From NCBI GenBank assembly GCA_017650365.1, contig JAGCEZ010000055.1, positions 7,453 through 71,452 of the forward strand: 64,000 nt of DNA, in the 5' to 3' direction. This document shows, one piece after another, positions 9,490-17,446 of the stretch (positions are counted from its first letter, which is position 1; each line of letters begins with the position of its first letter). The position numbers and the translations under genes are program-made. Below the pieces are notes generated by a model. It saw only the letters and a program-made list of their open reading frames with translations. It was not told the origin of the DNA and ran no database searches. This DNA comes from Fibrobacterales bacterium (GTDB taxonomy: Bacteria > Fibrobacterota > Fibrobacteria > Fibrobacterales > CADBQJ01).

Positions 9490-10863
9490 CTACTCCTCGT
9501 GGAACGAGATGGCGCACTTCGGCGCGAAGACGAACTCGCCGCGCCGGCGCCGCACGATGATCAGCTCGGGATGGCTCTCCTCGAGCCGCGCCATCAGGCG
9601 GTTGAGCCGCCCCTCGAAGTTCGGGTTCGAGACGTCGAGCGTGATCTCCGCGTCGCGCTTGAACTCGCGGTTCTCGAACGTCGTCCGCCCGGTGAGGAGG
9701 TAGGTCTTCAGCACGCGCCGGAAGATCTTCGCGGGGACGTTGCGGATGAAGTGCTCGCCGTTGATGGTGACGCTGTCGTCGACCGAGTGGTAGACGACCT
9801 CGGTCTTCGCCGAAATCGACTGGAGAAGGGCCGAATGGAGCGCGTCGATCCTCCGCGCGGTCTTCTTGTCCTCCGACAGGAGCCCTTCGACCAGGAGCTT
9901 CAGCGGATTGGCCGGGCCCTTCTTCGCCGGGAAGGGGGCGTAGCGGATGCGCGCGAGATAGACCGGGGCGCCGCAGCAGCAGCCCGGGCGGACGCGGGGC
10001 GGAACGCCCTTCGGGAGCTTCTCCGCGAGGACGACGACCGGGGAGTCCACGTCGAGCGGGTCGCGCATCGGCAGCCCGAACGACTTCGCCGCGGCCGAGA
10101 AGGCCTTGACCGCGCCGACCTCGCTCCCCTTCCAGAACGCCTTCTTCCCGCGGATCTCCAGGCCGGGGAGGAGGGTTTCGGCGGGAAGCACGTCGGCCAT
10201 CAGGTCGAGCTCCTCGTAGGGGGGCATCCCGAAGACCTCGGGCAGGTGCCGCAGCCAGGGGCAGAACCAGCGCGAGACGTCGAAGGGGATGCCCGTCGAC
10301 TCGTCCGCGTCGAAGAGGAACCAGGCCTCCGACGACGTCTTCCCGGGGCGGATCTCGATCAGCTCGTTGGTGCTGTGCGGGAAGAAGGTGCGGCTCAGCC
10401 GCTCGAACCGCTCCAGCAGGAACTCGCGGCGGTCCGGCGCGGCCAGCATGTCGCCCAGGTGGGGGTTGACCAGCGCCAGCCAGGCCTCCGCGGAGAAGAA
10501 CCGCCAGGGATGGACGCCGGAGTAGAAGGTCTTCACGAACTCGTCGAAGTCGATCCGCTCGTCGGCGCAGAACTCCTCCAGGGCTCCGAAGATCCTCCGG
10601 GCGACCTCGACCGGGACGGGCATCTCGGGGTCGCAGAGCAGCTGGATCTTCCGGAACGCGTCGAGGACGACCCCGTTGCGCTCCACGGGGATCCGGTCGA
10701 GGAAGCGCCCGATCTGCGGAGCGGAGAAGGAGAGGAGCATCGCCTTGTAGACGTGCCGGACGACGCTGATTTCGGGCGTCCCGTCGGCGGAGACGTCGTT
10801 TCCCAGGAATCCGGGGACGGAGGCCGGGGGAAGGAGGATCGTGTTGTTGGCCTGGAGCTTCAC
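9490..10863 (-). CDS. Putative transcriptional regulator: unrecognised about 350-aa N-terminal domain plus OmpR/PhoB-like winged-helix C-terminus
   Basis: C-terminus ..VTINGEHFIRNVPAKIFRRVLKTYLLTGRTTFENREFKRDAEITLDVSNPNFEGRLNRLMARLEESHPELIIVRRRRGEFVF follows the trans_reg_C pattern. GTG 10863 sits 5 nt after a minus-strand TATATTTA box, and codons 10741-10863 have high GC3. Alternative start ATG 10740. Confidence 0.6.
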   Translation of the reverse strand: MKLQANNTILLPPASVPGFLGNDVSADGTPEISVVRHVYKAMLLSFSAPQIGRFLDRIPVERNGVVLDAFRKIQLLCDPEMPVPVEVARRIFGALEEFCADERIDFDEFVKTFYSGVHPWRFFSAEAWLALVNPHLGDMLAAPDRREFLLERFERLSRTFFPHSTNELIEIRPGKTSSEAWFLFDADESTGIPFDVSRWFCPWLRHLPEVFGMPPYEELDLMADVLPAETLLPGLEIRGKKAFWKGSEVGAVKAFSAAAKSFGLPMRDPLDVDSPVVVLAEKLPKGVPPRVRPGCCCGAPVYLARIRYAPFPAKKGPANPLKLLVEGLLSEDKKTARRIDALHSALLQSISAKTEVVYHSVDDSVTINGEHFIRNVPAKIFRRVLKTYLLTGRTTFENREFKRDAEITLDVSNPNFEGRLNRLMARLEESHPELIIVRRRRGEFVFAPKCAISFHEE

Positions 10864-10868
10864 ATGGG

Positions 10869-10876
10869 TAAATATA
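10869..10876 (-). promoter_or_regulatory. -7 box TATATTTA for the divergent regulator gene (leaderless geometry)
   Basis: Minus strand reads TATATTTA-cccat-GTG(10863). Confidence 0.55.
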
Positions 10877-10880
10877 TTTG
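10873..10880 (+). promoter_or_regulatory. -7 box TATATTTG for mutL (leaderless geometry)
   Basis: Perfect TAnnTTTG, 4 nt before GTG 10885. Overlaps the opposite-strand box by 4 bp. Confidence 0.55.
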
Positions 10881-10884
10881 GTTT

Positions 10885-12723
10885 GTGGCTCCGCGCATCC
10901 GATTTCTTCCCGAAGAATGCATCAACCAGATCGCCGCGGGCGAGGTGATCGAACGCCCCGCCTCCGTGGTCAAGGAGCTGGCGGAGAACGCGCTGGACGC
11001 CGGCGCGCGCAGAATCACCGTCCAGATCGCCGGCGGAGGCCGGGAGCTGGTCCGGATCGTGGACGACGGCTGCGGGATCCCCCGCGGGGACGTCGCCGTC
11101 TGCGCGCTGAGGCACACCACCTCCAAGCTCTCGGACGCCCGCGAGCTCTTCGGGATCCGGACCAACGGGTTCCGGGGCGAGGCCCTCGCCTCCATCGCCG
11201 CCGTGGCCCGGCTGAAGATCCAGACCCGCACGGAGGACGAGGAGGCCGGCTCCGAGCTGGTCGTCTCGCCCGGGCGCGAGCCCGAGGTCCGCGACTGCGC
11301 GCGCGAGCGCGGGACGACGGTCACGGTGGAGGACCTCTTCCTCAACGCCCCCGTCCGCGCCAAGTTCCTCTCCTCCCCAGCCGCCGAGACGGGCCGGATC
11401 CTCGACGTGCTCCAGCGCCTCGCCCTGGCCAACCCCGAAGTCGCGTTCCGGCTGCGGCAGGACGACCGCGACCTCCTTCTCGCCGGCCCGGGCGACCTCG
11501 CGCGCCGGACGAAGGAGATCCTCGACCCCGCGATCTCCGGCAACCTCCTTCCGGTCGAATGGGAGGAGGAGGGCGTCCGGATCTCCGGGTTCGTCGGGAA
11601 CGAGAGGACCCTGAAGGCGCGGCGCGCGCACCAGTACCTGTTCCTCGACCGCCGCCCGATCTGGAACGCGGCGCTCTTCCGCGCCGTCGCGCTGGGCGCC
11701 GAGGCGCTGCACGGAAACCCGGCCGCGGTCCTCTTCTTCTCGCTTCCGCCCGAAGAGGTGGACGTGAACGTGCACCCCGCGAAGCGGGAGGTGCGGTTCG
11801 CGCACGAAAGCCGGCTGTTCGAGATCGCGGTCCACGCGGTGCGGGCCGCCCTGGCCGGGCGCGTGGAATGGGCGCCCGCCCCGGAACAGGCGCCCGGGAA
11901 CGGGCCCGCTCCCGCGCCGGATCCCGGACCCGCGCCCGCGGAGAGGCCCGTCCCCCGCGGCGTCCCCGCGGGACGGGCGGCCGCCGCCTGGAAGGACTTC
12001 GCGTGGCGCGTGGAGGAGGCCCCGAAGGACGAGATCAAGGAGCTTTCGCGCGACCTCTTCGCCGAGGCGGAGGAGCGCGAGAAGGCGCTCCGCATGCCCG
12101 AGCGCGACCGGATCGCGGGGATCGACGCCGCGGAGTCCGGGGAACCCGCCGCGAACTTCCTCCAGGTCGGGAACTCCTTCGTCGTCGCGCCCTACGCCGG
12201 AGGGCTGCTGCTGATCGACCAGCGCGCCGCCCACCAGCGCATCCTCTTCGAGCAGGCGCGGAGGCGGATGCAGCGCCGCGAGAACCGCTCGCAGCAGCTG
12301 CTCTTCCCCGAACTGCTGGAGCTGAGCCCCGCGCAGAGCCACTGGGTCTCGAGCTCGCTCGAATCGCTTTCGCTCGTCGGGTTCGAGGTGGAGCACTTCG
12401 GCGCGAACTCCTGGCAGCTCCGCGCCACGCCGCCGGACATGACCGTCGGGAACGCCGTGGAGACCCTCAAGGGGATGGCCGACGACGCAGAAGAGGCGGA
12501 CCCGAAGATCGAGGAGGACTTCTGCGACCGTCTCGCGCTCTCCTTCGCGAAGAAGGCCTCCATCGACGAACGCGCCCTCTCCCCCGAGGAGACGGCCGCG
12601 CTCGTGGACGACCTCTTCGCCACCGAGAACCCCTACGTCGCGCCCGACGGCTCCTCCGTCGTCGTCAAGCTGACTTTGGACGAGATCCGCGACAGCTTCC
12701 GCAGAAAGGGACCGCGCGGATGA
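10885..12723 (+). CDS. mutL: DNA mismatch repair protein MutL (endonuclease motifs degenerate)
   Basis: N-terminal GHKL ATPase: IRFLPEECINQIAAGEVIERPASVVKELAENALDAGA..VDDGCGI. GTG 10885 is 4 nt after a TATATTTG box. The upstream in-frame ATG 10864 is followed by low-GC3 codons (atg ggt aaa tat att tgg ttt). Confidence 0.9.
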   Translation: MAPRIRFLPEECINQIAAGEVIERPASVVKELAENALDAGARRITVQIAGGGRELVRIVDDGCGIPRGDVAVCALRHTTSKLSDARELFGIRTNGFRGEALASIAAVARLKIQTRTEDEEAGSELVVSPGREPEVRDCARERGTTVTVEDLFLNAPVRAKFLSSPAAETGRILDVLQRLALANPEVAFRLRQDDRDLLLAGPGDLARRTKEILDPAISGNLLPVEWEEEGVRISGFVGNERTLKARRAHQYLFLDRRPIWNAALFRAVALGAEALHGNPAAVLFFSLPPEEVDVNVHPAKREVRFAHESRLFEIAVHAVRAALAGRVEWAPAPEQAPGNGPAPAPDPGPAPAERPVPRGVPAGRAAAAWKDFAWRVEEAPKDEIKELSRDLFAEAEEREKALRMPERDRIAGIDAAESGEPAANFLQVGNSFVVAPYAGGLLLIDQRAAHQRILFEQARRRMQRRENRSQQLLFPELLELSPAQSHWVSSSLESLSLVGFEVEHFGANSWQLRATPPDMTVGNAVETLKGMADDAEEADPKIEEDFCDRLALSFAKKASIDERALSPEETAALVDDLFATENPYVAPDGSSVVVKLTLDEIRDSFRRKGPRG

Positions 12724-14411
12724 ACGCGTCGCGCGCCGCGGCCCTGGCCCTCGCTCCGGCCCTCCTCGCCCTCGCCCCGGCCCGCGCCGCCGAGGACCCG
12801 GTCCTGCCGTGGATGGAGTCGAAGCTGGAGGAGCTCGCGCCCGAGCTGGCTTCGCGCGCGGAGGACCCGGTCCTGCAGCTGCAGCTCTTCGTGGAAGACG
12901 CCGTGGACTGGACCGTCGCCGCGGACCGCGGCTCCCTCGTCTCCGAAAAGAGCGAGAACCGCCGGACCCTCCAGGCCAACGTGGTCCTGGGCGACTCCGC
13001 CTTCAGCAGCCGCCGGCCTCTCTACTGGGACGAGACCGTTCCCCCGAACCCGGGGAGCGCGGCCGCGCTTCCGGTGGACGCGTTCTCGGAGAAGCAGGCG
13101 GACCGCGCGGTCCGGCAGGCCTTCTTCTGGGCGCTGCAGGGCGCGCGCGCCCATTTCGCGCGGCTGAAGAGCGAGCGGAACGCGCTGGTCGCGGAGGAGA
13201 ACGCCGGGCTGGACCTCGCGCCCGCGGCGAAGGCGGACCTCGTCGACACCGCCGGACTGGCCCCGGTCGATTCCGCGGCGCGCGCCCTCCTGCGCGGGCG
13301 GATCCTCGCGCTTTCGCGCCGCTTCCTCGGGATCCCCTGGCTCCACAGGTCCGGGATCGAGCTCTCCTGCGCGGGCGAAGTCGCGCGCAAGGCCTTCAGC
13401 GGGCTGCCCGCCACGCGCGACGTCCGGCGGCTCTGCGACCTGAACGTCACGGTGGCCACGAGCACGGACGACGGCATGATCCTGGCGCAGAACCGGACCT
13501 GGAGCTTCGCCTCCGTCCCGCGCGACGTGGACACGGCCGCGGTCGGCCGCGCGGTCGACTCGCTCCTCCTCCGGCTCGACTCGCTGCGCGGCGCGAAGGT
13601 CGGCGAGCCCTACGCCGGGCCCGTGATCCTCGACGGGCCCGCGGCCGCGGTCTACGTGCACGAGGTGCTCGGACACCGGCTCGAAAGCCACCGGCTCCGC
13701 AAGAAGACCGACGGGCAGACGTTCCTGCGCAAGCGCGGGGAATCCGTCGCCGCGCCCGAGTTCTCGCTCGTCGACGACCCCACGGTCGCCGAATGGGACG
13801 GGGAGGCGGTGCACGGCTTCTACCGCGTGGACGAGGAAGGGACGCCCGCGCGCCGCGCCGAGCTCGTCCGCGACGGGAAGCTGGTCGGGTTCCTCGACGG
13901 GCGCGCCACGCTCAGCCCCGAAGACTCCTCCAACGGCCACGGGCGCGGATTCCCGCAGATCTCGCGCATGGGGACGACGATCCTCGCCACGTCGAAGCCG
14001 GTCCCGCGCGAAGAGCTGCGCGCCCGCTTCCTGAAGGCGCTGGCCGAACGCGGGCTCCCCTACGGCCTGGTCGTCCACGACCTGCAGGAGGGCTACACCC
14101 TCACCGGACGGAGCTATCCGCAGACCTTCCGGCTCCACGCCCTCTCCGCCACGCGCGTCTGGGCCGACGGCCGTCCCGACGAGCTTGTCCGGGGCGTCAA
14201 CCTCTCCGGATCCCCGCTGAGCTCGCTCGCGCAGCTCGTCGCCGCGTCGGACAGGATGTCGCTCTTCAACGGCTGGTGCGGCGCCGAAAACGGCTGGGTC
14301 CCCGTCTCCTCCATCGCGCCCGACCTGCTGTTCGCGACCCTCGAGGCCGAGATCCAGCCGACGCGCTCCGTCCCGAAGCCGCAACTGCCGCCGCCGGAGG
14401 AAAAGCCGTGA
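12720..14411 (+). CDS. TldD-family metalloprotease with signal peptide
   Basis: MNASRAAALALAPALLALAPARA/AE signal peptide. HEVLGHRLE metal-binding motif typical of TldD. ATGA overlap with the mutL stop. Confidence 0.85.
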   Translation: MNASRAAALALAPALLALAPARAAEDPVLPWMESKLEELAPELASRAEDPVLQLQLFVEDAVDWTVAADRGSLVSEKSENRRTLQANVVLGDSAFSSRRPLYWDETVPPNPGSAAALPVDAFSEKQADRAVRQAFFWALQGARAHFARLKSERNALVAEENAGLDLAPAAKADLVDTAGLAPVDSAARALLRGRILALSRRFLGIPWLHRSGIELSCAGEVARKAFSGLPATRDVRRLCDLNVTVATSTDDGMILAQNRTWSFASVPRDVDTAAVGRAVDSLLLRLDSLRGAKVGEPYAGPVILDGPAAAVYVHEVLGHRLESHRLRKKTDGQTFLRKRGESVAAPEFSLVDDPTVAEWDGEAVHGFYRVDEEGTPARRAELVRDGKLVGFLDGRATLSPEDSSNGHGRGFPQISRMGTTILATSKPVPREELRARFLKALAERGLPYGLVVHDLQEGYTLTGRSYPQTFRLHALSATRVWADGRPDELVRGVNLSGSPLSSLAQLVAASDRMSLFNGWCGAENGWVPVSSIAPDLLFATLEAEIQPTRSVPKPQLPPPEEKP

Positions 14412-16090
14412 AGCGCGCCTCGCTTTCCGCGCTCCTCTTCGGCGCGCTTCTCTCCGCGGAGGCCGGCGCGGCCGCCTCGCCCGACGCGATCGTCGCGGCG
14501 CTCAGGGACGAGATCCGCCGCGCGGAGGACTCCCTGGTCTCGGCCGACGGCGCGCGCCCGCACTACCTCGCCGCCCGGTACACCGTCCACCGGACCCGGG
14601 TCTTCGCCGCGGAACGCGGGGAACCGCTCCCCGGATCGCGCCAGGACTTCACGGACCTGGTGGCCGAGATCCGCGTCGGCTCGCCGGAGCTCGACGACGG
14701 CCGCTTCGAGGGAACCCCGACCGAACCCTTCCCCTTCGACAGCCCGCTTCCGCGCGACGGGAGCCCGACGCTGCTGCGCCGCGCGCTCTGGCTGCTCTTC
14801 GACGACGGCTTCCGCCAGGCCGCGCGCACGCTGGCCGAAAAGCGCGAGTGGCTGAAGACGCATCCGCAGCTGCGGCCGGAGGGCCCGGACTTCGTCCCGC
14901 CCGAACCGCGCACGGCCGTCGACACGCTCCCGCCGTTCTCGCCCGACGCCGCGGAAATCAAGTCGAAGCTGGCGGAGATCAGCTCCTTCGCGCTGGAGTT
15001 CCCCGAACTGGTCGAGGCGCCCGTGGCGCTGCAGATCGTGGAGAGCCGGCGCTACGTCGTGGACAACCTGGGAACCGTGTCGATCTCCGACGACCGCGAG
15101 TTCCGCGCGGTCGCCGCGGTCCTGACGCAGGCGGAGGACGGGACTCCGCTCTGGGACTGGTGGAAGGAGGCCTCGCCCGTCTGGAGCGAGCTCGACCTCG
15201 CGCCGGCGAAGCGGATCCTCTCCGAACGCGCCCGGAACCTCGTCGCGCTGCGCGGAGCCGCGCCCGGCGAAGGCTACCGCGGGCCGGTGCTCTTCGAAGG
15301 CGAGGCCGCGGCGCAGCTCGTCTGGTACGCGCTGGGCGAACCGCTCTGCGCCGGCGAGGCGGAGATGCAGCTGGGCGAATACGCGCCGCCCCGCATCCTG
15401 CTGACGACGCTCGGGCACCGTCTGCTGCCCAAGGGGTTCTCGCTGGACGACGTCCCCTCGCTCTCCTCCTTCCTCGGGCGCACGCCGCCCGGGCGCTACC
15501 GCGCGGACCACGAGGGCTCCCCCGCGCGCGACCTGGCCCTGATCCGGAACGGCATCCTCGAGGAGCTCCCCGCCGGGCTCGCCCCGCTCCGCGGGCAGGC
15601 GCGCGGAAACGGACACTTCCGGTTCGGGCAGGCCTACCCGGGCACGCTGCTCTTCTCCTGCTCCCCCGAGCGCGAGACCAGGGACGTCGGCGCGGCCTAC
15701 CTCCAGGCGGTGCGCGACGAGGGCAACCCCTCCGGAATCGCGGTGGAGCGGTTCGAGGACTCCGACGCGGCCTCGCTGCTCTCCTCGCCCCTCGCGGACG
15801 GGATCCGCTCGAAGCTCTCGGTCTCCTCGCTCAACGTCACGCAGCTCCCCGCGCCCACGGCGATGGTCTCCGTCGCCGCGGACGGCTCCCGGACGCCCGT
15901 CCGCCCGCTGGAATTCGCGACCATGGGGATCTCCTCCTTCCGCGACTGGACCCTCTGCGGCCGTGACTACGCGCTCCACTCGCCCGGGCTGAACTCCGCA
16001 GTGGCCGCGCCCCCGCTCGCCATCGGCTTCGCCACGCTGCAGCTTCCCGCGCCCCAGAGCCGGGAGTCCATGGACTGGATCCTGAAGTAG
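14408..16090 (+). CDS. PmbA/TldE-like partner protein (no HExxH) with signal peptide
   Basis: GTG start in a GTGA overlap with the TldD-like stop. (M)KRASLSALLFGALLSAEA signal peptide. Similar length and architecture to the upstream paralog, without the metal motif. Confidence 0.72.
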   Translation: MKRASLSALLFGALLSAEAGAAASPDAIVAALRDEIRRAEDSLVSADGARPHYLAARYTVHRTRVFAAERGEPLPGSRQDFTDLVAEIRVGSPELDDGRFEGTPTEPFPFDSPLPRDGSPTLLRRALWLLFDDGFRQAARTLAEKREWLKTHPQLRPEGPDFVPPEPRTAVDTLPPFSPDAAEIKSKLAEISSFALEFPELVEAPVALQIVESRRYVVDNLGTVSISDDREFRAVAAVLTQAEDGTPLWDWWKEASPVWSELDLAPAKRILSERARNLVALRGAAPGEGYRGPVLFEGEAAAQLVWYALGEPLCAGEAEMQLGEYAPPRILLTTLGHRLLPKGFSLDDVPSLSSFLGRTPPGRYRADHEGSPARDLALIRNGILEELPAGLAPLRGQARGNGHFRFGQAYPGTLLFSCSPERETRDVGAAYLQAVRDEGNPSGIAVERFEDSDAASLLSSPLADGIRSKLSVSSLNVTQLPAPTAMVSVAADGSRTPVRPLEFATMGISSFRDWTLCGRDYALHSPGLNSAVAAPPLAIGFATLQLPAPQSRESMDWILK

Positions 16091-16107
16091 CCGTTTCCGC
16101 GCCAAGC

Positions 16108-16143
16108 AATAAAAGCCCCCCGCCGGAGCGGGGGGCGCTTTGT
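16108..16143. terminator. Bidirectional intrinsic terminator between the convergent PmbA-like gene and ftsZ
   Basis: aataaaa-GCCCCCCGC-cgga-GCGGGGGGC-gctttgt: a perfect 9-bp GC stem (16115-16123 / 16128-16136). The U-run is strong in the ftsZ direction (TTTTATT) and weaker in the plus direction. Confidence 0.8.
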
Positions 16144-16164
16144 ATCGAGGGAGACAAAACAGTC

Positions 16165-17412
16165 CTAGTTGAAGCGCATCTGGCGCAGGAACGCCGGCGT
16201 TTCGCGGTCGTCCATCTGGTAGCCCTGGAACTTCGCGGGTTCGGGTTCGGGATCGGCGGCCTCTTCGCGCACGCCCTCCTCGCTGACGAACCGCGGTTCG
16301 GCCGCGGGGGCGGAGAGCTCCTCGCGGGCGGCTTCGTAGGCGTCGGTGACGTTCTGCGCGGTGCAGGCGATCTCCTCGACGGCGGGCGCCGCGGGAAGCT
16401 CGACGATCACGGGCTCCTCGGCCGCGGGCGCGGCGGCGGGGCGCGGACGGGGGTTGAACTCGAAGCCCGTGGCGATGATCGTGACCGAGATGCGGTCGCC
16501 CATCGTCGGGTCGACGACGGCGCCGAAGATGGTGTTGGTCGCCACGTCCTCGCCGACCTGTTCCTGGATGTAGGACATGACGTCGTTCACGTCCATCATC
16601 GTCAGCTGGTCGGAGCCGCAGATGTTCACCAGCAGCCCGGTGGCGCCGGAGACGGAGACGTTGCCGAGCAGCGGGCACTCGAGAGCGATCTGCGCGGCGC
16701 GCTTGCCGCGGTCCTCGCCGCTGGCCTCGCCCATGCCCATCAGGGCGTCGCCGCCCTGCTCCATCACGGTGCGCACGTCCTGGAAGTCCACGTTGATCAG
16801 GCCGCCGCGGACGATGATGTTGGTCACGCCGCGCACGGCGTTGCCCAGCACGTCGTCCACCTTGGCGAAGGCCTCCTGGAAGCTGACCTTGGCGTCGACG
16901 ATCGAGAGGAGGTTCTGGTTGCTGATCGTGATCAGCGTGTCGACCGCGCCCGAGAGGGTCTCGATCCCGGCGAGCGCGTTGCGCTTGCGGACGGGGCCTT
17001 CCCAGATGAAGGGCTTGGTGACCACGGCCACGGAGAGGATGCCCATCTCGCGGCAGATCTCCGCGACGACCGGCGCCGCGCCCGTGCCCGTGCCGCCGCC
17101 CATGCCCGCGGCGATGAAGACCATGTCGGCCCCTTCGAGCAGCTGCTTCACCTCCTCGCGGTGGTTCTCGACCGCCTCGGCGCCCTTTTCGGGCTTGCCG
17201 CCCGCGCCGAGCGCGCCGATCGACAGCTTCTTCGAGGCGAGCGACTGGTCCAGCGCCTGCGAGTCGGTGTTGATGGCGATGAAGTCCACCCCTTCCAGTC
17301 CGCTGCGGACCATGTGGTTGAGGCTGTTCCCGCCGGCTCCGCCGACGCCGACGACCTTGATCTTGGCGCGGCCGGCGACGTTTCCGGAATCGTCGAATTC
17401 GATGGTACCCAT
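16165..17412 (-). CDS. ftsZ: Cell division GTPase FtsZ
   Basis: ..IKVVGVGGAGGNSLNHM.., GGGTGTGAAPVVA tubulin signature, C-terminal DDRETPAFLRQ peptide. Confidence 0.97.
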   Translation of the reverse strand: MGTIEFDDSGNVAGRAKIKVVGVGGAGGNSLNHMVRSGLEGVDFIAINTDSQALDQSLASKKLSIGALGAGGKPEKGAEAVENHREEVKQLLEGADMVFIAAGMGGGTGTGAAPVVAEICREMGILSVAVVTKPFIWEGPVRKRNALAGIETLSGAVDTLITISNQNLLSIVDAKVSFQEAFAKVDDVLGNAVRGVTNIIVRGGLINVDFQDVRTVMEQGGDALMGMGEASGEDRGKRAAQIALECPLLGNVSVSGATGLLVNICGSDQLTMMDVNDVMSYIQEQVGEDVATNTIFGAVVDPTMGDRISVTIIATGFEFNPRPRPAAAPAAEEPVIVELPAAPAVEEIACTAQNVTDAYEAAREELSAPAAEPRFVSEEGVREEAADPEPEPAKFQGYQMDDRETPAFLRQMRFN

Positions 17413-17446
17413 GGTGTGTCTCCCTGTTGGTTGGTTGTTGTTTGTT

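Noticed and set aside
5361-9703. ORFs 5361..7682 (-), 5792..9703 (+, 1303 aa), 8145..9374 (-) overlapping dnaE
   Set aside because: The dnaE frame (5835..9461) carries unmistakable Pol III alpha motifs. The others translate to low-complexity R/G/P/D strings.
9499-10884. N-terminal 460 codons of + ORF 9499..12723, and ATG 10864 as the mutL start
   Set aside because: The region 9499-10860 is antisense to the minus-strand gene, which has high GC3 and a coherent protein. ATG 10864 lies upstream of the TATATTTG box, and its first 7 codons have low GC3. MutL homology begins at GTG 10885.
10864-12396. Upstream 511 codons of minus ORF 9490..12396 (968 aa)
   Set aside because: Antisense to mutL, with an Arg/Gly/Asp-rich nonsense translation. 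The real gene starts at GTG 10863, or at the latest at ATG 10740.
12633-16678. Minus-strand ORFs 12633..14384 (583 aa) and 14114..16678 (854 aa)
   Set aside because: Antisense shadows of the TldD/PmbA-like genes and of the ftsZ 3' region; low-complexity translations.
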